32,000 bases of DNA from Candidatus Kuenenia stuttgartensis (lineage in GTDB: Bacteria; Planctomycetota; Brocadiia; Brocadiales; Brocadiaceae). Where the stretch lies: the NCBI RefSeq assembly GCF_900232105.1, contig NZ_LT934425.1, forward strand, positions 1,920,001 through 1,952,000. Reading direction: 5' to 3'. The position numbers and the translations under genes are program-made. The notes beneath the pieces are model-generated. The model did not search any database, was not told where the DNA came from, and worked only from the letters and a program-made list of their open reading frames with translations. Shown here piece after piece: positions 25,341-32,000 of this stretch (the stretch's first letter is position 1; the number at the start of each line of letters is the position of its first letter).

Positions 25341-26123
25341 CTATTTCCAATCATAGGGCATCTTTCTTAACAACAGCCTTGTGCCGTACAACACCCCGAT
25401 ACCTGTTCCAATAAGGATAAAAATGAGAATTACGGTTCTTTCGATATCTGCATTGGAAAGACTCATAAATATTGCTATAGGAATCGTTTCTGTTTTCATT
25501 GCCATTGAGCCTGCAATGGTGATAGTTGCACCAAATTCTCCAAGCGCCTTTGCCCATGTTAAAATAGCGCCGGCAATAATGCCACGTTTGCTCAGGGGAA
25601 GCGTGACCGTTAAAAATGATTTTAGCGGCGATGCGCCAAGCGAACTGGCAACATCCTCGTACTTGCCGGGTATTTCGTCCATCGCAGCCTTTATTAGCCG
25701 CGTTGCAATTCCGGCAGTAGTGATAAATTGGGCAAGGATAATCCCCGGGAAGGCAAACACGAACTGCACTCCGTGTTGCTGCAGCCAGCTTCCGGCAGGG
25801 TTGCTGAAAAAAATGAGAAGCATGGCGCCCAGCGCAGCAGGAGAAACAATCATTGGAAGTTCGAGCATCGTATCTATAATGCCTTTTCCGGGAAAATGAC
25901 ACCGCGACAATGCATAGGCGGAGGGGATGGCAATGAACAAAGAAATTAATGTCGCGATGGTAGCCGCTGACACGCTGAGGCGAATGGAATAAAAAGTTCT
26001 CTCATTAAAAAGCGTCTCTGCAAAAAGGGATCCCCTGAAAAAGTAGGCAAGTGATACAATAAGCCCGGCATAGAGGAAAAACGAGCAGAAAGCAAACATT
26101 ATACAAAGTCTTTTAAATCTCAT
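25341..26123 (-). CDS. modB: molybdate-type ABC transporter permease
   Basis: Multi-span permease with an EAA-like loop (DEIPGKYEDVASSLGASPLKSF..VTLP). ATG at 26123 overlaps the upstream binding-protein stop (ATGA). Confidence 0.75.
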   Translation of the reverse strand: MRFKRLCIMFAFCSFFLYAGLIVSLAYFFRGSLFAETLFNERTFYSIRLSVSAATIATLISLFIAIPSAYALSRCHFPGKGIIDTMLELPMIVSPAALGAMLLIFFSNPAGSWLQQHGVQFVFAFPGIILAQFITTAGIATRLIKAAMDEIPGKYEDVASSLGASPLKSFLTVTLPLSKRGIIAGAILTWAKALGEFGATITIAGSMAMKTETIPIAIFMSLSNADIERTVILIFILIGTGIGVLYGTRLLLRKMPYDWK

Positions 26124-26983
26124 TTCCCGGTCGTCCATTCTGCCGGAACGGCATATTCGCCGCCAACAGGCTTTTGACCTATCCATGCAAAGGCTTCCTG
26201 TTCCGATGAAAAATATTGATACTCTTTGAATATTGATCGTACTTCTTCAGAAAGGATGAAATCAACAAACTGCTCAGCAAGCACTTTGTTTTTAGTAAAG
26301 GTGGAGACCGCGATAGGTATATAACCCACACGCACAACTTCATCGCTCTTTAGGGGAATTGTTTCAACTGTCTCCGGGTTCCAGTGCTGAAAAACACTCC
26401 ACCCTATTACCGCATCCACCTGTTTTAAAGAGACAACCGTCAGTGTTTTTGCGCAACTCTCCGTATAATTTACAATGTTTTTTTTAAAATCTTTTTTCTG
26501 CTTTTTTGTGAAATTCTTTTCAATTATTTCCACTGCATACGCTCCGACACACACACCCTCCGGATTTGCTATGGCTACTTTAATACCGGGATGCGCCAAA
26601 TCTTCCAGGCCTTTAATATGCTTCGGGTTGCCTTTTTGCACATTTATTGCAGGGACAAGATACACAACAATCCTTTCAGTTTCAGGATATACATAGCCTT
26701 CCCTTTTTGCCTTTTCCATATAGTCTGATGAACCCGGGAAATAAATATCTCCTTTCTTTGCCAATATCATCTGCGAGAGAATATATCCCGAACCACCAAA
26801 TACTACCTCTACCCTAACACCCGTCTTTTTTTCAAACAGCTTCACCGCCTCCTCGGTCGGCGGCTTGCTTGCAGCGCCTACGAAAAGCAGAAGCCGTTCA
26901 CCGTTTTCAGACAGAACTTCTGTTGCTACGAAAAATATTGCCACAGAAAAAACGGCACCGGCAAGAAATAGTCTGGATACCAT
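26120..26983 (-). CDS. modA: molybdate/tungstate-type periplasmic substrate-binding protein (ModA-like)
   Basis: Signal-like N-terminus. L.VGAAS...EEA.K.FE.KTGV.V.VVFGGSG.L..Q......GD...PGS pattern of ModA-like PBPs. Oxyanion specificity cannot be called by eye. Confidence 0.65.
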   Translation of the reverse strand: MVSRLFLAGAVFSVAIFFVATEVLSENGERLLLFVGAASKPPTEEAVKLFEKKTGVRVEVVFGGSGYILSQMILAKKGDIYFPGSSDYMEKAKREGYVYPETERIVVYLVPAINVQKGNPKHIKGLEDLAHPGIKVAIANPEGVCVGAYAVEIIEKNFTKKQKKDFKKNIVNYTESCAKTLTVVSLKQVDAVIGWSVFQHWNPETVETIPLKSDEVVRVGYIPIAVSTFTKNKVLAEQFVDFILSEEVRSIFKEYQYFSSEQEAFAWIGQKPVGGEYAVPAEWTTGK

Positions 26984-27060
26984 AAGTTAACTCCTTGTTA
27001 TATTATTAAATGAGGTTAATAAATTTTGTTCTATTACACTAAAACGTAATCGCCCTTATA

Positions 27061-28521
27061 CTAAAATGCAATTTCGTACTGTAATCTGTACTTGTTTTCT
27101 CTTTTATCCTGTTCGTCGCCTTGCTCAGTGATAAAAGTGCCAAAATCGGCCTGTATTTTTGACCGATGACCACGGAAATAATAATTTATTCCCGCTGTAT
27201 ACTCCCTTTGAATATCGTTTGATACATCATCATCCGGGTCAACCATGGAATAGCGTGCCGCTATCTCAAGTTTTTTTGGTATAACAAAATAACCGGCCTG
27301 TGTAAAAAATCCGTCTGACCCCACGGAATCCCCGCCGCCATCAGACTCAGGATTTTCTGTCATCATATAGTATTCGCTATCCCATGCAATGCCCTTATAC
27401 CTTAAGCCGAAATCAATCACACCTACTATTATATCCGTATCATCGCGTTTTACATCCCTCTTCTTTCCATTAAAGGCTACGGATGATCCAAAAGTAGCTT
27501 TAAGGGTTTTGGAATATCCAATGTCCGTTCCGTCGTAGTAATTAAATTTTCCAAACGGATTATATCTCAGGCTCAACACGGACATGATTTCGTTATCGAG
27601 ATTTTCGTCTTTTCCTGTAATCCTTTTTGAGGGATTATCACCGGCCCCCTGAAATACTGCGGCATGGTATTCAATGTGTCCGTCAAACGGTCTTCCGTAA
27701 ATATCCAGGCCATAGTCACGGTACTGGCCAAAGGCATCACTGGCAATGGCTCTATCCTGAAACAACAGTCTTTGCGAGGAGACAACCATTTCTCTGTTAA
27801 ACGGTACTTTAAAATATCCAATTTTTGCGTTCAATTCTTTATAAGGCGTCCAGTACAAGTAGAAATCCCTTAATTGAACATCGAAGCTATCCGCATCTAT
27901 AGCCCAGTAATAATTAATCGTTTTGCTATAGATGTTTCCCCCCATATAGATTCTTGCCCGGCGGACATCAATATTTTGAGTATCTACACCCCCGAAATCT
28001 CCGTCCTTGTCATTATACTGATACCTCATCTGCAATCTGCCGCCTATGTTTAGCGAATAATCGCCGCTGTGCGACCGAATACTTAGTGCATAGCTACTAT
28101 CATCAGGCGTGTAGAATATATCACATATATCTGCTTCTGTCCTGCTCCTCTCCAATAATGGAATGTCTGGCAGGCCAATCCCCAATTTCTCGCGCACCTC
28201 ATCCGAGGACAGATAGTTCTCAACCTCATGCTTTACTTCATCTTTTATTTCTTCTGTTGCAATTACCACGGGTTTTTCACTTATAGACTCTACACGACTT
28301 TTCAATTCTTTGATTTGCTCCTGCTGGCTCAATGCTATGATTTCCATCTGTTTCAACATTTTTTGCTGTATTGAAAACGCCTCCTCCATTTGTTTCAATT
28401 GCCCTTTTAATTCCTCCAGTTCGTCACCATATGCCATGCAAGGCCGCATCGTATTGACTACTAAAACACTACATACTATTAATAAACGCCAAAGTACACG
28501 TTTAAATTTTCTGCCAAACAC
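27061..28521 (-). CDS. outer-membrane beta-barrel porin with N-terminal coiled coil (phosphate-selective porin O/P-like)
   Basis: Signal-like VFGRKFKRVLWRLLIVCSVLVV...MA. Heptad-rich ELEELKGQLKQMEEAF...IKELKSRVE. Alternating beta-strand pattern. C-terminal YRLQYEIAF. GTG 28521 follows aaaggaggg. Confidence 0.65.
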   Translation of the reverse strand: MFGRKFKRVLWRLLIVCSVLVVNTMRPCMAYGDELEELKGQLKQMEEAFSIQQKMLKQMEIIALSQQEQIKELKSRVESISEKPVVIATEEIKDEVKHEVENYLSSDEVREKLGIGLPDIPLLERSRTEADICDIFYTPDDSSYALSIRSHSGDYSLNIGGRLQMRYQYNDKDGDFGGVDTQNIDVRRARIYMGGNIYSKTINYYWAIDADSFDVQLRDFYLYWTPYKELNAKIGYFKVPFNREMVVSSQRLLFQDRAIASDAFGQYRDYGLDIYGRPFDGHIEYHAAVFQGAGDNPSKRITGKDENLDNEIMSVLSLRYNPFGKFNYYDGTDIGYSKTLKATFGSSVAFNGKKRDVKRDDTDIIVGVIDFGLRYKGIAWDSEYYMMTENPESDGGGDSVGSDGFFTQAGYFVIPKKLEIAARYSMVDPDDDVSNDIQREYTAGINYYFRGHRSKIQADFGTFITEQGDEQDKRENKYRLQYEIAF

Positions 28522-28625
28522 AAAAACCCTCCTTTCTAAAAAAAACTGCAAAAATAAATCACATCGGCGCTTCCGAAATACGATATATCATATTTGACAT
28601 AACGATAATGAAAATTTACACTTTT

Positions 28626-29495
28626 TTATAGCGGCTTGAACAAGACAACATCTGAAGACTTTGCCCCAATAATAACGTCATCTCCAATTTTTAAGTTTAA
28701 TCTTTGCACCTCTTCGGTATCGATGAGTGTTTTAAAATATTGCTCCGCGTGCAAAACAGTAACTATTGTCATGATAGTATCGTGTTCGGTACCGACGACT
28801 TTACCTGCCAGCTGTATCCGCGTACTGAGCCTTTTCCCCAAAAAAACTTCTTCCGGAGTCCCCTGCTTTATTACACTGCCGGAATGTATCACAACAACGT
28901 TGTCTGCCATTTTATAGGTTTCCGGAATATCATGTGTTACATACAGGGTTGTTACCTTAAGCTGGCGCAGGATACGCTTCAGATCATCCTGCAATTGCCT
29001 GCGCGTCTGCCAATCCACGGCGGAAAGCGGTTCGTCCATTAACAAAATATCGGGTTCTCTTGCCAGCGCCCTTATAAGCGCTACTCTTTGTTTTTGTCCG
29101 CCTGACAATTGAGACGGATAATAATGCTCGTAACCGGAAAGCCCGACAAGTGCAAGCAGGTCTTTTACTTTATCCCCCTCATGCCTTTTTTTTGCCCCAT
29201 ATAATACATTCTTTTCAACCGTCAGGTGCGGAAACAATGCATAATCCTGAAAGACAAAGCCAACCGACCGGTATTGTGGGGGAAGGTTTATATTGTTTTG
29301 CTTGTCAAACCAGACGTCGTTTCCGTTTTGAATGCTGCCATTATCCGCCGTTGACAGTCCGGAGACAAAACGCAATATGCTCGACTTTCCTGCGCCTGAC
29401 GGACCAAATAAAACGGTGACCTCCCCCGTGGATATTTTAAATGCAGCATCGAGTTGAAAGGAATGCCATTTTTTCTGAAGGTTGACAACTAACAA
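28626..29495 (-). CDS. modC: ABC transporter ATP-binding protein with C-terminal TOBE-like domain (ModC-like)
   Basis: Walker A GPSGAGKS, signature LSGGQKQRVAL, Walker B ILLMDEPLSAVD, and a C-terminal beta-rich TOBE-like tail. Confidence 0.8.
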   Translation of the reverse strand: MLVVNLQKKWHSFQLDAAFKISTGEVTVLFGPSGAGKSSILRFVSGLSTADNGSIQNGNDVWFDKQNNINLPPQYRSVGFVFQDYALFPHLTVEKNVLYGAKKRHEGDKVKDLLALVGLSGYEHYYPSQLSGGQKQRVALIRALAREPDILLMDEPLSAVDWQTRRQLQDDLKRILRQLKVTTLYVTHDIPETYKMADNVVVIHSGSVIKQGTPEEVFLGKRLSTRIQLAGKVVGTEHDTIMTIVTVLHAEQYFKTLIDTEEVQRLNLKIGDDVIIGAKSSDVVLFKPL

Positions 29496-29515
29496 TTGCG
29501 TGCTTCTCCGTTCAT

Positions 29516-29932
29516 TTAGATGCCCTTTTTGTTTTTAAATAAAATCAATTCGGTTGATTTGATAATTGCTGTTATTTCTTCTCCTGTTTGCATATTCATT
29601 TCTTCTAATGAAGCATTGGTGACAATTGCGCAGAGCGTGTCTCCCTGGGATTCAAAAATAACCTTTGACAGCACATCGCCCCGGAGAATGGTTACAACAA
29701 CTCCTGTTATAAAATTTCTGGCGCTCAACATGCCTCGAAATGCCTTTGCCAGTATCAGGTCTGTGCTTTTCATAAGCACACTGATAGCATCCCCCTCGAA
29801 AATATTCATATCGTCGCAAGAGGCTGTAGTGATAACGGCGCTCAGAGGGATGTCTTTCCACATGATTTGAATATGGGTATGAATCCTGCCCTTATTGATT
29901 TTCATTATTTTGCCATTAAGTTTGCAGGCCAT
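29516..29932 (-). CDS. tandem Mop/TOBE molybdate-binding domain protein (ModE C-terminal half-like)
   Basis: Two repeats of the N.L.G.I..I......V.I.......L.A.IT..S...M....G......IKST.L.L pattern. The start is 2 nt after the upstream HTH ORF stop. Confidence 0.7.
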   Translation of the reverse strand: MACKLNGKIMKINKGRIHTHIQIMWKDIPLSAVITTASCDDMNIFEGDAISVLMKSTDLILAKAFRGMLSARNFITGVVVTILRGDVLSKVIFESQGDTLCAIVTNASLEEMNMQTGEEITAIIKSTELILFKNKKGI

Positions 29933-29934
29933 AG

Positions 29935-30267
29935 TTATTTTCCGAAAATGCGCTTAAATTCCTTTTCCGCTAAAGTGTTAAGCCTGTTTTTATAGGTATT
30001 AAAATTTATCATCAGCCTTTTCGCGTCCTCTGTCAGTACCGCGCCACCGCCGCCCTTTCCCCCCGTAGTAACTTTTAACAATTTAATCCCCAACACCTTT
30101 TCAGTAGCCCTTATTTTCCCCCATGCCGCACGATATGACATCCCCATCTCCTTTGCCGCGGCGTTAAGAGAACCAAGCCTGTCTACCGCCTCAAGCAGCA
30201 ATCTCCTGCCTTCGGCAAATGCAACGCCATCCCCGCATTCCAGCCATATTTTTATTTTTGCCTTCAT
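29935..30267 (-). CDS. ModE N-terminal-like winged-helix regulator
   Basis: GRRLLLEAVDRLGSLNAAAKEMGMSYRAAWGKI...E..LG..LL....GG.GGGGA.LT..A, the ModE/LysR-type HTH pattern. Confidence 0.7.
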   Translation of the reverse strand: MKAKIKIWLECGDGVAFAEGRRLLLEAVDRLGSLNAAAKEMGMSYRAAWGKIRATEKVLGIKLLKVTTGGKGGGGAVLTEDAKRLMINFNTYKNRLNTLAEKEFKRIFGK

Positions 30268-30758
30268 ACATTACCCCTTCGGCGGCTTTCACGTACATAT
30301 CCTTTGCGCGATTAGGTTGCAAATCTGAACCCGGCGAGTACATCATTTCGTTAAAATGTGTACGTAAAAAAATGTCCTTGCGAGGAGTGGAGCGACAAAG
30401 CAATCTCTTGTTCCCAAAAAACTTAAGATTGCTTCGCTGTCGTTTGCAATGACGGTATCAATGTAGATATTTTAATGAAACGTTATACTAGTCGCACTAC
30501 TTGAGTTAATCCCGCAAGATGTAAATTCCTGTATATAAAATCTGATTACGCATTATGCCATAATAGACATAGCGATATCAATGATAATTTGTTTTTAGTG
30601 GGCATTGAGAATTGAATATTTTTCTTACTGCACAACATGCGTTGCACGGTTTTTAAAATAGATATTGCAGATACTCTGGCAAATACTATAATAATTTGAT
30701 TATGCACGGATTTTCACCTGTAATTGCCATTGTTGACAATTTTTTCCCTTGCTAAACC

Positions 30759-31502
30759 ATGATAAAATTTCTGGAACCTGAATGGCACGACAAATTATCA
30801 TCTACCAACACCGTCCTTCTGCGCTGGCTTAAAAATGAAAAAGATATTCCCACAGGATTTGTATTGGCTGCCCTTGAGCAAACAGCCGGTCATGGTCGAA
30901 GCAATCATCATTGGCTTTCACAACCTGGAGAAGATCTCACCTTTTCCTTTCTTTTGTCTACCCGGCATGACCTTTCGGGGCTTGCTTCACTCTCCATGGC
31001 AATTTCACTGGGAATCGCTTCCGCCCTGGATACCTTTGGTTTCACGACACAAACGAAGTGGCCAAACGACCTTCTTGTGAGGGGTCGTAAAATCGGTGGA
31101 ATTCTTTCCGAGGAGAGTGGCGTGAAACGCCCGAACGGGCATGCTGCCATCGTTGTTGGCGTGGGAGTCAATGTGAATATGCAGGAGCCGCAGGTTTCTT
31201 CTATGAAAAAACCCGCAACTTCTCTTCGCATAGAGACCGGCAAAAAACATCTCATCAGGGATGTTCTCAATATTATTCTTGAAATGCTGCCTCAGTGGAT
31301 CGACCGTTGGGAAGCCGGCGGATTTCCAGCCATACGTAACGAATGGCTCGCGCGCTGCTGTTTCGTAGGAGAGCGTATAACCCTGGGAGAGGGAATGGAA
31401 CAAAGGTCGGGTATCTTGACGGGATTCGGGGAGAAAGGGCAAATCATCCTTCGCGGTGATGATGGTTTATTGTGTGATGTTTGGGCGGGAGAAGTAGAAT
31501 AA
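30759..31502 (+). CDS. birA: biotin--[acetyl-CoA-carboxylase] ligase (no N-terminal HTH)
   Basis: Q.AGHGRSNHHW.S.PG.DL.FS and KWPND.L..G.KIGGIL.E, the BirA catalytic motifs. 247 aa. Confidence 0.85.
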   Translation: MIKFLEPEWHDKLSSTNTVLLRWLKNEKDIPTGFVLAALEQTAGHGRSNHHWLSQPGEDLTFSFLLSTRHDLSGLASLSMAISLGIASALDTFGFTTQTKWPNDLLVRGRKIGGILSEESGVKRPNGHAAIVVGVGVNVNMQEPQVSSMKKPATSLRIETGKKHLIRDVLNIILEMLPQWIDRWEAGGFPAIRNEWLARCCFVGERITLGEGMEQRSGILTGFGEKGQIILRGDDGLLCDVWAGEVE

Positions 31503-31510
31503 CCCGCCTT

Positions 31511-32000
31511 TTAGTTTATAAACGCAAGCACCTGTCCGGTGACAATCTGGTCGCATTCTTTTACCTTTATATCTATTACTGTTCCCTCTGCAGGGCTTGA
31601 AACGTGTATTTCCATTTTCATTGCCTCAACAACTAAAATTGACTGCCCGGAATGAAGATAATCTCCGATCCTTGAGGTGAGCCGAATCACCTTCCCGGGC
31701 ATTTGCGCTTTTACCGCAAGGCCTTCTTCCTTAATTTTCTTTACGCCTACAGCCGTTACTGCCTCCGGTGTTTTGTGAATTTCTACCTGATAGATTTTAC
31801 CATTTACCTTTGCCTTGTTTCCTTCAATCGTAACCGAATACTCTTTTCCGTTCACCGTCAGCAGGTATTCCTGCGATCTGACTTGCCGGTTCTGTTCGTC
31901 ATTGGCAACGATTTGTCCTCCCTTTTTATCCACCAGGCGAATCCCCATCTCTGCTTTTCCCTTAAGGAATTTCAACCCCTTATCCGTGCATGTGGCAACG
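31511..32000 (-). CDS. biotinyl (biotin carboxyl carrier) domain protein, probably the C-terminus of a larger ORF running off the window
   Basis: C-terminal LVVEAMKMEI...G.V..I.V...D.V..GQVL biotin attachment motif. The frame stays open upstream of the listed TTG at 31975 to the window edge. Confidence 0.7.
   Translation of the reverse strand, partial: VATCTDKGLKFLKGKAEMGIRLVDKKGGQIVANDEQNRQVRSQEYLLTVNGKEYSVTIEGNKAKVNGKIYQVEIHKTPEAVTAVGVKKIKEEGLAVKAQMPGKVIRLTSRIGDYLHSGQSILVVEAMKMEIHVSSPAEGTVIDIKVKECDQIVTGQVLAFIN

Noticed and set aside
25351-25902. ORFs 25351-25902 (-) and 25381-25899 (+), which overlap the permease gene.
   Set aside because: These are alternative frames or the opposite strand of a convincing ModB-like permease, with no independent support.
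30268-30480. The leader upstream of the mod-type operon was checked for a Moco riboswitch. It contains an imperfect hairpin (gcgacaaagcaatct / agattgcttcgctgtcg) and gaaagccgccgaagggg just before the start codon.
   Set aside because: I could not match the conserved Moco-motif nucleotides with any confidence by eye. It would need cmscan with Rfam RF01055. The hairpin may instead belong to the GTTCCCAA repeat family.
1-32000. Scan for CRISPR arrays, tRNA/rRNA genes and integrase/att sites.
   Set aside because: No regularly spaced direct repeats, cloverleaf-like sequences or tyrosine/serine recombinase ORFs were recognised. The by-eye scan is not exhaustive, so tRNAscan-SE and CRISPR finders should confirm this.

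Overview
This is a low-GC bacterial chromosomal window (about 40% by eye, with patches near 50%) that looks strongly mosaic and accessory.

**Gene content, left to right**
- A J-like/PDZ membrane protein, followed by 1.2 kb of non-coding DNA packed with hairpin repeats.
- A tight cluster: ferredoxin, DUF488 (YeaO-like), a 61-aa Cys-containing ORF, an octaheme hydroxylamine-oxidoreductase-like cytochrome c, and DUF2024.
- An aldo/keto reductase gene cleanly split by a 2,061-bp ISAs1-family IS with a 10-bp target duplication.
- Hemerythrin-like and DsrE-like genes.
- A higher-GC pterin block: folE, SDR, folB, folK.
- An overlapping DUF488 and Mug-like glycosylase pair.
- An FNR-like reductase, a decayed ClC channel gene, and a rubredoxin, cupin and NDH-2 group.
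- A 2,368-bp IS66-family element with perfect 28-bp inverted repeats and an 8-bp duplication.
- A diverged segmental duplication (VOC + PNPOx-like genes) carrying DoxX, an Fsr-type MFS pump and a rhodanese/truncated-NAT ORF.
- A molybdate-type ABC operon on the minus strand with an embedded porin and a split ModE.
- birA and a biotinyl-domain gene.

**Most notable observations**
- A DUF4338 (DruA-like) module is carried by two unrelated DDE transposon families in the same window. It is fused to the ISAs1 transposase, and it is a translationally coupled upstream ORF in the IS66 element.
- A GTAAC-ended MITE family has a filled and an empty site both visible in this window.

**Limits**
- Domain names come from motif recognition by eye, not from database searches.
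- The octaheme HAO-like gene and the low GC are compatible with an anammox-type planctomycete. That is only a weak inference.
- No tRNA, rRNA or CRISPR array was recognised.
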